Origin: a bacterium
Lineage (GTDB): Bacteria > SM23-31
Reading direction: 5' to 3'
NCBI GenBank assembly: GCA_965249485.1
Contig: OZ252239.1
Coordinates: forward strand, 2,496,001-2,560,000
DNA: 64,000 nt
Shown: one piece after another, positions 1 through 9,150 of the stretch
Layout of the letters: each line of letters begins with the position of its first letter
Position numbering within the stretch: the first letter of the stretch is position 1
Position numbers and translations under genes: made by a program
Notes under the pieces: model-generated
Database searches by the model: none
Told to the model about the DNA's origin: nothing
What the model saw: only the letters and a program-made list of their open reading frames with translations

Positions 1-162
1 CCGTGCAAAAATAGCTTTTTCCCGCTCAGGAGAATAAATTGCCTTATTTTTCGATTTTTTTATCTTCCCAATTTCAATTGCACAAGCTGCCCGCTCATTG
101 AGAAGCTGCAAAATTTGGTCATCAATAGCGTCGATTTTATTGCGCCAATCGTCAATAGTCAT
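1..162 (-). CDS. Chorismate mutase (AroQ/type II) domain, N-terminal part; runs off the window edge (standalone or PheA/TyrA fusion)
   Basis: Not in ORF track. Manual translation from ATG at 162: MTIDDWRNKIDAIDDQILQLLNERAACAIEIGKIKKSKNKAIYSPEREKAIFAR, the AroQ pattern (R..ID.ID..L..LL.ER...A..IG..K......Y.P.RE). GAGAGG RBS upstream; 8 nt after the trpA stop. Confidence 0.9.
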   Translation of the reverse strand, partial: MTIDDWRNKIDAIDDQILQLLNERAACAIEIGKIKKSKNKAIYSPEREKAIFAR

Positions 163-170
163 GTTACCTC

Positions 171-971
171 TCACTTTTCTGATATACTTGTGCTTATATC
201 TTTAGCAAAATCACGGACACGCTCCGCTAGGTTGTCGCATCCGGCATTTTGTCGTAACAAATTGATCAATGCACTTCCTACAACAACACCGTCGCTGAAT
301 TTGGAAATTTTCCGAGCATCTTCACTGTTGCTTACCCCAAACCCGACCATAACCGGTTTTTTAATGGTTTTTCTGACGTTTTTAAGATAGTTTCCTATCT
401 GAGAGAATAGTTGTGTGCGTGCTCCGGTCACACCTGCCACCGATACACAATATACAAAATCATCGGATAATTTCTCAATTCTTTTCATCCGTTTTTCTGA
501 TGTCAGCGGGGAAACAAGGAATACCATACGGAGATTTTCTCTGTGTGCACTTTTAACAAACTGATCTGCTTCTTCAAGAGGTAAATCTGGTATCAATAAA
601 CCGTCACCACCATGCGCAGACAGTTTTCGCATAAATGACTCAATACCGATATGCATCACGATATTTGTGTAGGTGAAAACGATGAGAGGAATTTCGCTTT
701 TGACACGGATATTTTTGATATAATCGAATACAACATTCGGAGTTACACCATTTTCTATCGCCTGATGTGACGATGTCTGTATTGTTGGTCCATCCGCAAG
801 CGGATCCGAAAATGGCATGCCTAGTTCGACTATTGAAACACCACCCGATTCAAGTGCCCATACAAGCTCAGGTGTGTTCTCAATATTAGGATACCCCGCC
901 GTCAGAAAGGGGATGAAAGCTTTCTGTCCCTGATTCTTGAGAAGATCGATTTTTTTAGATATTCTATTCAA
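171..971 (-). CDS. trpA: Tryptophan synthase alpha subunit
   Basis: ELGMPFSDPLADGPTIQ, GVTGAR and VGFGV motifs. Confidence 0.97.
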   Translation of the reverse strand: MNRISKKIDLLKNQGQKAFIPFLTAGYPNIENTPELVWALESGGVSIVELGMPFSDPLADGPTIQTSSHQAIENGVTPNVVFDYIKNIRVKSEIPLIVFTYTNIVMHIGIESFMRKLSAHGGDGLLIPDLPLEEADQFVKSAHRENLRMVFLVSPLTSEKRMKRIEKLSDDFVYCVSVAGVTGARTQLFSQIGNYLKNVRKTIKKPVMVGFGVSNSEDARKISKFSDGVVVGSALINLLRQNAGCDNLAERVRDFAKDISTSISEK

Positions 972-987
972 GATTCTTTAGACCTTG

Positions 988-2184
988 CTATTTAGTGTTT
1001 AAGTATTCTGTAACAATATCCATATCTTTATCACCACGACCCGATAGATTGATAATGATAGACTCACTTCGGGGGAGAGATGGGACAATTTTAATTGCTG
1101 CAGCTACTGCATGAGCACTTTCGAGTGCCGGAATGATTCCCTCTTTTTGTGTTAGGAGCTCAAATGCCTCCATAGCTTCTTTATCTGTTACAGCAACATA
1201 TGTTACTCTTTTCGAATCTTTTAGGAAACTGTGTTCAGGACCGACACCGGGATAATCAAGTCCCGCAGATATAGAGTGGGCAATTTTAATTTGACCGTAT
1301 TGATTCTGCAAGACATAACTTTTTGAGCCATGTAGAACTCCCGGAGAACCTTTTGACAGAGTTGCAGAATGGTGTTCTGTGCCAAGTCCTGAACCGGCAG
1401 CTTCGACACCAATCATTTTTATTTCGCTTGACCGGATAAAAGGATAAAACAGGCCGATTGAATTGCTGCCACCCCCTACGGATGCAAAAAGATGGGATAC
1501 GTTTGTGAGACCGAGTTTCCTAATCTGGCGTTTCGTTTCATTCCCGATAACAGTCTGAAAATTCCGGACAATCTTTGGGTAGGGGTGAGGACCAACCGTT
1601 GATCCGATACAGTAATAAGTGCTCTCGGCATTGGTGACCCAGTCGCGAATCGCTTCTGAGGTAGCATCTTTCAATGTTTTTGAACCGGATGACACACACC
1701 GCACTTCAGCACCCAGAAGTTTCATCTTAAACACATTGAGACTCTGCCGTTTCATATCCTCTTCGCCCATGTAAACAATACAATTTTTTTCAAACTTTGC
1801 TGCAACGGTGGCCGTAGCCAATCCGTGCTGTCCGGCACCGGTTTCGGCGATGATCCGGTCTTTTTTCATATAGTCTGCCAGAAGAATCTGACCAATTGTG
1901 TTGTTTATTTTATGGGCTCCGGTATGGAGGAGGTCTTCCCGTTTCAGATAAATGTTGGCTCCGTTAAGTTCCTTGGTTAACTGATCTGCATAATAAAGTG
2001 GTGTCGGGCGTCCGGCAAACTGCGTGAGATAATAATCAATTTTATCTTTTTGCGACCGATCTTTGATAAACAATGTATAGGCACTTTCAAGTTCTTCAAG
2101 AACACTGATGAGTGTCTCGGGAACGAACCGTCCTCCAAAATCACCAAAATATCCTTTACTGTTAGGCAGCATTATGTTCCTCAT
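988..2184 (-). CDS. trpB: Tryptophan synthase beta subunit
   Basis: [15 protein letters not shown] (PLP lysine), [31 protein letters not shown]. Confidence 0.98.
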   Translation of the reverse strand: MRNIMLPNSKGYFGDFGGRFVPETLISVLEELESAYTLFIKDRSQKDKIDYYLTQFAGRPTPLYYADQLTKELNGANIYLKREDLLHTGAHKINNTIGQILLADYMKKDRIIAETGAGQHGLATATVAAKFEKNCIVYMGEEDMKRQSLNVFKMKLLGAEVRCVSSGSKTLKDATSEAIRDWVTNAESTYYCIGSTVGPHPYPKIVRNFQTVIGNETKRQIRKLGLTNVSHLFASVGGGSNSIGLFYPFIRSSEIKMIGVEAAGSGLGTEHHSATLSKGSPGVLHGSKSYVLQNQYGQIKIAHSISAGLDYPGVGPEHSFLKDSKRVTYVAVTDKEAMEAFELLTQKEGIIPALESAHAVAAAIKIVPSLPRSESIIINLSGRGDKDMDIVTEYLNTK

Positions 2185-2194
2185 ATTGTATCAA

Positions 2195-2815
2195 TCATAC
2201 TGCAGCACATGCTACAATAAACCTTTTTATTTTCTGACTGTCTTTTCGCCCGGGGGCTGATTCAACTGCAGAAGAAACATCAACCATGTACGGATTAACA
2301 TTCCGCACTGCTTCAGCAACATTATGCTCATTGAGCCCACCAGCAAGTATGATCGGATGCGTTCTGGGCACTTCTTGGAGAATACTCCAATCAAAAGATT
2401 TCCCCGAACCGCCGTATACGTTTCGCACTTTTGTGTCGAATAAAAACATGGCACAGTCTTCGAAATTGTTGATTTGTAAAACGTCAAAAGTGTCATCGAC
2501 TCGAAAGGCTTTAATAGCTTTTTCTTTCAATTGGTTACAACGTTCAGGAGGCTCATCTCCATGAAATTGAAAATAGTCGAGAAAATTCATCTCGGACAAT
2601 TTATTTAAAAAACTTTCTTTCGCATTGACGACTACACCAATTTTTGTAATTTTATCGGGTAATGTAGCACAAATTGCGTCTGCTTCAGAAGGGCTGATTG
2701 AACGAGGACTCTTTTCATAAAACACAAATCCGAGCGCATGAGCACCGTGCAAAACTGCCATTTCAGCATCTGTTTTGTTCGTAATTCCGCAAATTTTAAC
2801 ACGTGTTTGTTGCAT
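2195..2815 (-). CDS. trpF: Phosphoribosylanthranilate isomerase
   Basis: RVKICGIT, GFVFYEKSPR, QFHGDE, LAGGL, DVSSAVE; ATG at 2815 chosen over the upstream alternative at 2833. Confidence 0.95.
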   Translation of the reverse strand: MQQTRVKICGITNKTDAEMAVLHGAHALGFVFYEKSPRSISPSEADAICATLPDKITKIGVVVNAKESFLNKLSEMNFLDYFQFHGDEPPERCNQLKEKAIKAFRVDDTFDVLQINNFEDCAMFLFDTKVRNVYGGSGKSFDWSILQEVPRTHPIILAGGLNEHNVAEAVRNVNPYMVDVSSAVESAPGRKDSQKIKRFIVACAAV

Positions 2816-3599
2816 CGTTTTCTCTAAATCCAAGTATGAGTGATTCCAATTGCTGACCAGGATTTTCCGATCTCATTAAAGCTTCTCCGATAAGAAAGCC
2901 ATCATACCCTGCTTTATCGAGTTCAAGTAGTTGTTCTGCGTTATCTAGTGCACTCTCGCTGATTTTAATGCTCGAAGAGGGGAGAGAGTTGTATAACCGG
3001 AAACTGTTGTCAATAGTCTGTTCAAACGTATGAAGATTTCTATTATTGACACCGACGATATCAGGGACAAGATCATTCAGTTTAGCAATATCTTCCTCAT
3101 TTTCTGTCTCAATCAATACTTCAAGCCTATTTGCATGTGCACATTCTATTAATTCGGATAATTGGTCTTTGCTTAGACAATTTGAAATCAAGAGGATTGC
3201 ATCCGCGCCGTAATACCTCGACTCGACTACTTGATATGGATCAATAATAAAATCCTTTCTCAAGATCGGAATACTTACTGATTGCTTAATTTTTTGTAAG
3301 TCGAGCAGATTACCCCCAAAAAACTTAGTGTCAGTAAGTACCGAAATTCCTGACGCTCCCGATTGCTCATATGATTTGGCTAATAATTCCGGATTAGTGA
3401 TGGTTCTCAACTCACCCTTAGATGGAGATTTGCGCTTGATCTCTGCTATTATTGCAGGCCTGTTTGCATTGATAGAATCTTTTAATGAAATTGGAGTTTT
3501 ACCAGAATCGGATTCTTGGAAATATGACAATGTACGATTCTTCTTAGCCTGCTCAATTTCAGATCGCTTATTTTGTATTATTTTATCCAGATAACTCAT
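2796..3599 (-). CDS. trpC: Indole-3-glycerol phosphate synthase
   Basis: IAEIKRKSPSKG, SVLTD, LRKDFI, GVNNRNL, ISES, LIGE motifs. Confidence 0.97.
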   Translation of the reverse strand: MSYLDKIIQNKRSEIEQAKKNRTLSYFQESDSGKTPISLKDSINANRPAIIAEIKRKSPSKGELRTITNPELLAKSYEQSGASGISVLTDTKFFGGNLLDLQKIKQSVSIPILRKDFIIDPYQVVESRYYGADAILLISNCLSKDQLSELIECAHANRLEVLIETENEEDIAKLNDLVPDIVGVNNRNLHTFEQTIDNSFRLYNSLPSSSIKISESALDNAEQLLELDKAGYDGFLIGEALMRSENPGQQLESLILGFRENDATNTC

Positions 3600-3608
3600 G
3601 AATTAGTA

Positions 3609-4622
3609 TTAGCGTGAGTTTGACATTTGTATTAATTGTTCGAGTTTCTCCATTGCCTTTCCTTTGTCGAGTGACTTGGCCGCTAATTCCATTCCTTTTT
3701 GAATGGAAAACGAATCATCCGATGACGCAATAGCGAATCCGGCATTGAGAACTACTATGTCACGATGCGTACCCTTTTTCCCGTTTAATAGTTCAAGTGC
3801 TATTTTTTTATTGTCTTCAATGTCACCACCGACTACTTCGGTTATCGGTCTTCTTTTGATTCCAAAATCTTCGGGAACAACGGCGTAGCTCGAAATTTTT
3901 CCTTGTGACAGCTCTGTAATGTCGGTAGTACCAGAGATTGAGATCTCGTCTAATCCTTCTTCTCCGTGGACTACAAAAACCTTTTCGGAGCCAAGCTTAT
4001 TTAATACCGCAGCAATTTGTTCACGCAATGCCCCGTCAAACACACCGATTACCTGTCGCTTTACTCCTGCAGGATTAGTCATAGGACCTAAAATGTTAAA
4101 AAATGTTCTCAGTCCAATCTCTTTCCTTGGTCCGACAGCATGCTTGATTGCCTGGTGAAGTTTCGGTGCAAAAAGAAATCCGATCCCAATTTTTTCAATG
4201 CACTCTTCAACTTTTTTGGGATCAGCATCAATGTTTATACCAAGTGCTAAAAGTAGATCAGCACTACCACATTTGCTTGAGACCGATCTGTTGCCGTGTT
4301 TTGCAACAGTCGCACCCGCACCTGCAGCAACAAGCGCACTTAATGTCGATACATTCAGTGTATGCTGTAAATCTCCTCCGGTACCACACGTGTCGATTGC
4401 ATTATTGCTGGAAATAGAGATAGGAATAACGTTATTGCGCATTGTTTGAGTAAATCCGGCAATTTCATCTATTGTTTCACCTTTCATCTTGCAAGCTATA
4501 ATAAAAGCGCCAATCTGTGCAGGAGTTGCATTACCATCCATGATGATTTGCAATGCTTCCTGTGCTTCCTGTTGAGTAAGATCGTTTGATTCAACAACTT
4601 TTGCGATATAGTCTTTTAGCAT
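3609..4622 (-). CDS. trpD: Anthranilate phosphoribosyltransferase
   Basis: DTCGTGGD, KHGNRSVSSKCGSAD, RTFFNILGPMTNP. Confidence 0.97.
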   Translation of the reverse strand: MLKDYIAKVVESNDLTQQEAQEALQIIMDGNATPAQIGAFIIACKMKGETIDEIAGFTQTMRNNVIPISISSNNAIDTCGTGGDLQHTLNVSTLSALVAAGAGATVAKHGNRSVSSKCGSADLLLALGINIDADPKKVEECIEKIGIGFLFAPKLHQAIKHAVGPRKEIGLRTFFNILGPMTNPAGVKRQVIGVFDGALREQIAAVLNKLGSEKVFVVHGEEGLDEISISGTTDITELSQGKISSYAVVPEDFGIKRRPITEVVGGDIEDNKKIALELLNGKKGTHRDIVVLNAGFAIASSDDSFSIQKGMELAAKSLDKGKAMEKLEQLIQMSNSR

Positions 4623-4677
4623 ACCAGCACCTACGGTTTAGTCATTGTAAAACAATAAAATAATTTAAACAGCTAAA

Positions 4678-5247
4678 TCAATGCTTTAAGAGAAGAAAAT
4701 TAAGTAACAGTCGTTTTCCTTCAGTAGTGAGAATAGACTCAGGGTGAAATTGTACTCCTTCAACAGGGTGTTCTTTATGGCGAATTCCCATAATTATACC
4801 GTCATCCGTTTCTGCGGAAATAGTAAGACAATCGGGTAATGATTTACGATCAACAATCAACGAGTGGTACCGTGTTGCTGTTAACGGATTTTCAATTCCT
4901 TTAAAAATAGATTCAGAATCGTGAAAAATCTGAGACGTTTTACCATGGACCAGTGACGATGCACGGACAACGTCTCCTCCAAATACCTCTCCGATTACCT
5001 GATGGCCGAGGCAAACTCCGAGAATCGGGATGGTTTGGTGGAAATGGGAAATAACTTCCGGACAAATTCCGCTATTTTCCGGCCGACCGGGCCCAGGTGA
5101 AATTATAATCTTTTCAGGGTTCATTTTTTCTATATCATCTACTGTAGTCTCATCATTCCGGTACACAACGACATGAGAACCGGATTCGCCGACATATTGG
5201 ACAAGGTTATACGTAAACGAATCGTAATTGTCAATTACCACTATCAT
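4678..5247 (-). CDS. trpG: Anthranilate synthase component II (glutamine amidotransferase)
   Basis: [29 protein letters not shown]; position in the trp operon. Confidence 0.95.
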   Translation of the reverse strand: MIVVIDNYDSFTYNLVQYVGESGSHVVVYRNDETTVDDIEKMNPEKIIISPGPGRPENSGICPEVISHFHQTIPILGVCLGHQVIGEVFGGDVVRASSLVHGKTSQIFHDSESIFKGIENPLTATRYHSLIVDRKSLPDCLTISAETDDGIIMGIRHKEHPVEGVQFHPESILTTEGKRLLLNFLLLKH

Positions 5248-6724
5248 AGATCTTGCCTTCTGCAGAAGCTACTGCTTTGATAAGTGCCTGCGCTTTGTGA
5301 AGTGTTTCGAAATATTCATTTTCAGGTACTGAGTCTGCAACAATTCCTGCACCTGCCTGAATGTAAGCTCTTTTGTCTTTAATGAATAGTGTGCGTATGG
5401 CAATGCAGGTGTCGATATTATCGTGAAAATCTATATATCCAACCGCACCAGCATATATTCCACGTCGCGTCGGTTCAAGCTCATCGATAATTTCCATTGC
5501 TCTGATTTTTGGTGCACCAGAAACCGTTCCGGCTGGAAATGTTCCCCGAAGAACATCAAAACTGTCTTGCGATTGTTCTAATTGCCCTGTTACTTCGGAC
5601 ACGATATGCATAACATGTGAATATCTCTCAATTCCCATAAATTCAGGTATACTAATGGAGCCGAATTTGCAAAATCTGCCGAGATCATTTCTTCCGAGAT
5701 CGACGAGCATGACATGTTCAGCCCGTTCTTTCTCATCATTCAGCAATTCTTCAGCATTTTTGTTATCCTCAATGTGTGAGAGTCCGCGCGGTCTTGTTCC
5801 GGCAAGCGGCCTCGTTGTCACAAGTCCGTCGATACATTTAACTAATACTTCCGGTGATGATCCGGTAACAACCAATCCGTTTATGTCAATATAAAACATA
5901 TATGGTGATGGATTTGTGCTCCGCAATCGCCGGTATGTATCAAAACTGTCGCGGTGAAGTGGAGCAGAGAATTGTTGAGAAAGAACAACCTGAAAAATGT
6001 CACCCTGTGCAATATATTCTTTTGCATTTTCAATGTTCTTCTCAAAATTGTCCTTTGTCATGTTGGATACAATTTCGAGTGTTCCATTAGTATTTGTAGC
6101 TAGATCATCGTAGCTGTATTCAAGAGGTTTTTTGAGTAAGTCTGCTATTTCATTGATTTTTTTACATCCAGCAACATATTCTATTTTTAAACCCTCACCG
6201 CATTTAATAATTGTTACAATTTTAATGTTGTGATGATAATGATCGTACACTATTACCGTATCAACAAGTAATAAACTATAGTGGTCAAGCTCAAATTCTG
6301 ATTTGTTTTTGTCAGGAATCGATTCAAAAAACCGAACGGAATCATAGTTGAATAAACCAACAAGACCGCCGATAAATGGAGGCAGGTCCGAATCTTTTTG
6401 AATTGAATATTCTCCTAACAGTGATCTAAGTGCCGCAATGGAATTTCCGGGTATTATGCGATGATTACCATTTTCCTCGATAGTAGTCGAATCTGCTGTA
6501 CAGCGGATAACATTTTTCGGTGCAAATCCTATAAATGAATATCGTCCACTTGATCCGCTCTGCAATGCGCTTTCAAGAAGAAAGGAGTAGGGTGATTGAT
6601 AACGGATCTTTTGGTATAAGCTGACCGGAGTATCGAAATCACCACTCATTTCATATATAAGTGGAATGTGAGAGTAGCCTTCACCGAGAGCTGCGCACTC
6701 TTCATATGTTTGTTTTATCGGCAT
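5231..6724 (-). CDS. trpE: Anthranilate synthase component I
   Basis: [46 protein letters not shown]. Confidence 0.96.
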   Translation of the reverse strand: MPIKQTYEECAALGEGYSHIPLIYEMSGDFDTPVSLYQKIRYQSPYSFLLESALQSGSSGRYSFIGFAPKNVIRCTADSTTIEENGNHRIIPGNSIAALRSLLGEYSIQKDSDLPPFIGGLVGLFNYDSVRFFESIPDKNKSEFELDHYSLLLVDTVIVYDHYHHNIKIVTIIKCGEGLKIEYVAGCKKINEIADLLKKPLEYSYDDLATNTNGTLEIVSNMTKDNFEKNIENAKEYIAQGDIFQVVLSQQFSAPLHRDSFDTYRRLRSTNPSPYMFYIDINGLVVTGSSPEVLVKCIDGLVTTRPLAGTRPRGLSHIEDNKNAEELLNDEKERAEHVMLVDLGRNDLGRFCKFGSISIPEFMGIERYSHVMHIVSEVTGQLEQSQDSFDVLRGTFPAGTVSGAPKIRAMEIIDELEPTRRGIYAGAVGYIDFHDNIDTCIAIRTLFIKDKRAYIQAGAGIVADSVPENEYFETLHKAQALIKAVASAEGKIYDSGN

Positions 6725-6751
6725 GGTACTTTTCGCATGTGGTTATGAATT

Positions 6752-6790
6752 AAAACAAAAAGCCGCGAAACATGAGCGGTTCCGCGGCTT
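6752..6790 (-). terminator. Attenuator (3:4) intrinsic terminator upstream of trpE
   Basis: Minus strand AAGCCGCGGAAC-CGCTCAT-GTTTCGCGGCTT (12 bp, one G-U) followed by TTTGTTTT, about 28 nt before the trpE ATG. Confidence 0.9.
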
Positions 6791-6818
6791 AAATAATTGA
6801 TTTTTATTATAGTTAGAG

Positions 6819-6896
6819 TCAATCATGTAAAAACAGCGGAATATCCCCTCCGTAAAACCAATACCACCAATAATATGTTGCGCTGTTTTTATTCAT
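6819..6896 (-). CDS. trpL: Attenuator leader peptide MNKNSATYYWWYWFYGGDIPLFLHD (25 aa)
   Basis: ATG at 6896 to TGA at 6819; codons 8-15 are TAT TAT TGG TGG TAT TGG TTT TAC; lies between promoter and terminator upstream of trpE. Confidence 0.88.
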   Translation of the reverse strand: MNKNSATYYWWYWFYGGDIPLFLHD

Positions 6897-6926
6897 TATG
6901 ACTCAATAATTTTGATAAGCGTTTTG

Positions 6927-6955
6927 AAAGTACGAAAATATGATTAGCGTGTCAA
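6927..6955 (-). promoter_or_regulatory. Sigma-70-type promoter of the trp/aro operon
   Basis: TTGACA-17 nt-TACTTT on the minus strand, about 30 nt upstream of the leader ATG. Confidence 0.7.
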
Positions 6956-6963
6956 GAAAAAAG

Positions 6964-6992
6964 TTGCATGTTTTTGGTTTAATCATTACAAT
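6964..6992 (+). promoter_or_regulatory. Sigma-70-type promoter divergent from the trp promoter
   Basis: TTGCAT-17 nt-TACAAT. Confidence 0.6.
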
Positions 6993-6997
6993 ACAAC

Positions 6998-7135
6998 AGG
7001 ATTTATACAAGTAATAATTGTACATTTATTCTCCCACTTGAGTAGTATCATGTCTGGTATAATCGCATTCATTGTACAGGAAGAGAAAGTGTAGTATATC
7101 TGCATATGAAATCCCTCATCACGAGGGATTTTTTT
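6998..7135 (+). ncRNA. Candidate small structured RNA (about 135 nt) or terminated leader upstream of mutL
   Basis: Bounded by the 6964-6992 promoter and the 7109-7135 terminator; long-range pairings GGATTTATAC/GTATATCT and TACATTTATTCTC/GAGAAAGTGTA; no family recognised. Confidence 0.4.
7109..7135 (+). terminator. Intrinsic terminator
   Basis: AAATCCCTC-ATCAC-GAGGGATTT followed by a T run. Confidence 0.8.
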
Positions 7136-7204
7136 AGTTCATTATTGAAATTCAGCCTTTATAATTATAACGATTAATCTGTAATTTTTGTTAAATTGGT
7201 GAAC

Positions 7205-8977
7205 ATGAATCATATAAAGCAGCTACCGCCAACAGTAACGAATAAAATTGCTGCAGGGGAAGTGATTGACCGTCCTGCTGCGGTCGTAAAGGAATTAATG
7301 GAAAACGCCCTGGATGCAGGTGGGAAACATATTGAGATACATATAGTAGAAGGCGGTAAAGAAAAAATCCTTATTATAGATGACGGGCAGGGTATAGGAA
7401 TTGAAGATGCTGCAATTGCATTTGAGCGGTTTTCTACCAGTAAAATTGATTCATTTGAAGATTTAGAACGTCTCTCTTCGTTCGGATTCAGAGGTGAAGC
7501 TTTGGCAAGTATTGCCGCCGTATCAATAATTGAATTGAAAACAAAGACTGCCGATGTAGATGAAGGTACGTTTATGAGAATAGAAGGAGGCACTATTGTC
7601 AATTCAAAAGAGATTTCCTGGAATAAAGGCACCTCTATTGCCGTCAATAATATCTTTTATAATACACCGGCTCGAAGGAAATTTCAGAAAAATGCGTTGA
7701 GTGAGACTCGCCAGACTTATAGAGTATTTCGCAGTTATGCCCTCGCCAATCCGGATGTCGCATTTAAGTTGAACAGTAACGGCAAGCTGGTCTGGAACTT
7801 ACAACAATCAGAACTCTCAACCCGGATTTCCGACCTTTTTGATGCAAACATTCAACAATATCTTGTTGAGGTGAACGGTCATAGCGATCTTTTTTCACTC
7901 CATGGCTATATCAGTATTCCTGAACTAACGAGAAGTACCCGTAATGATCAGTATCTTTTCTTAAATCGAAGATATATCAAAAACAGATCTGTTGAGCATG
8001 CTGTTTATCAGGGATATGGGGAAACATTAAGCCATAGCCATGGCCATCCGATTTATATCCTGATGCTCACGGTTCCTCCGGATAGAATTGATGTCAATAT
8101 TCACCCCACAAAACTTGAAGCACGGTTTCAGGATGAGCGGGAAATACACAGATTTATTGCCAATTCGGTTAAAAATACTCTTGGGTTCACCGGCACAGGA
8201 GTGATGAAACCGCTCGCCACTACTTATCACCATGCATCCATATCCGGAAGCGGGCCGATGTCGCAAAGTAAAGCTGATATGCAGGAATCTGCAGCTATTC
8301 CGTTCAAAAATAATTTATTCATAAGTACAAAAGAGCAGTTGGAATCTACTCATTCTCCTCCGACTAATATCGTTGAATCAAAGGTAGGTGACGATAGCAA
8401 AGAAATCAATATCGACCCTGAGAAAGTCTGGCAAGTACATCAATGCTTTATTTTTTCACAAGTAAAAAACGGCCTGGTTATTATTGACCAGCATACTGCT
8501 CATGAGAGGATTCTCTATGAAAAGGCGCTTCGGATGCTCAATGAAGGAGAAAAGCCGTCACAACAACTACTATTCCCTCAGACTGTACAGTTTAACAAAG
8601 ATGAAATGATTGTATTAACCGAACTAATTTCGCTTCTGGAGAAGCTAGGATTTGACATCAGGTTATTCGGTAGTGATACGGCTGTAATTGAATCTGTTCC
8701 GCTCAATATAAAAATGGGCAGAGAAGTTGAATCTCTCCAAAAAATTCTTGACGAATACCAAAAAGACGAATATAAAGATCTGGACATACATGATAGAGTA
8801 GCCCAGTCGTATGCGTGCCGATCAGCAATTATGAAAGGCGATAAATTAACTTCTGAAGAAATGTATAGGTTGATTGATGATCTTTTTGCTACGCAGTTCC
8901 CGTATTACTGTCCGCACGGCAGGCCTACTATCGTCGATCTAAGTTTAAAAGAGCTTAATTCCAGATTTTTTCGCTAA
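7205..8977 (+). CDS. mutL: DNA mismatch repair endonuclease MutL
   Basis: NKIAAGEV, KELMENALDAG, GFRGEAL, DVNIHPTK; endonuclease motifs DQHTAHERILYE, ACR and CPHGRP. Confidence 0.97.
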   Translation: MNHIKQLPPTVTNKIAAGEVIDRPAAVVKELMENALDAGGKHIEIHIVEGGKEKILIIDDGQGIGIEDAAIAFERFSTSKIDSFEDLERLSSFGFRGEALASIAAVSIIELKTKTADVDEGTFMRIEGGTIVNSKEISWNKGTSIAVNNIFYNTPARRKFQKNALSETRQTYRVFRSYALANPDVAFKLNSNGKLVWNLQQSELSTRISDLFDANIQQYLVEVNGHSDLFSLHGYISIPELTRSTRNDQYLFLNRRYIKNRSVEHAVYQGYGETLSHSHGHPIYILMLTVPPDRIDVNIHPTKLEARFQDEREIHRFIANSVKNTLGFTGTGVMKPLATTYHHASISGSGPMSQSKADMQESAAIPFKNNLFISTKEQLESTHSPPTNIVESKVGDDSKEINIDPEKVWQVHQCFIFSQVKNGLVIIDQHTAHERILYEKALRMLNEGEKPSQQLLFPQTVQFNKDEMIVLTELISLLEKLGFDIRLFGSDTAVIESVPLNIKMGREVESLQKILDEYQKDEYKDLDIHDRVAQSYACRSAIMKGDKLTSEEMYRLIDDLFATQFPYYCPHGRPTIVDLSLKELNSRFFR

Positions 8978-9023
8978 AATTTCGGGTGTTGAATTTATGA
9001 GTATTTCAGCATGAGATTTCGGC

Positions 9024-9052
9024 TTGCATTTCAAATGGGTTATTGCTACATT
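9024..9052 (+). promoter_or_regulatory. Sigma-70-type promoter for the EF-G paralog operon
   Basis: TTGCAT-17 nt-TACATT with an extended -10 TG. Confidence 0.5.
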
Positions 9053-9150
9053 GCTTGTTAATATTGCACGATCCACTGACCTTTCAATTTCAAATCTATA
9101 GATATTTATAACCAAAAACCAGCAAATCCTAAGAGTTATTGGAGGAAGAT

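Noticed and set aside
2195..3599. Frameshifted TrpC-TrpF fusion
   Set aside because: Both proteins are complete and trpF has its own ATG at 2815; a 20-nt overlap is ordinary operon packing.
7040..7100. tRNA-like appearance of TAGTATCATGTCTGGTATAATCG
   Set aside because: No T-arm (GTTCRA), no acceptor stem and no cloverleaf.
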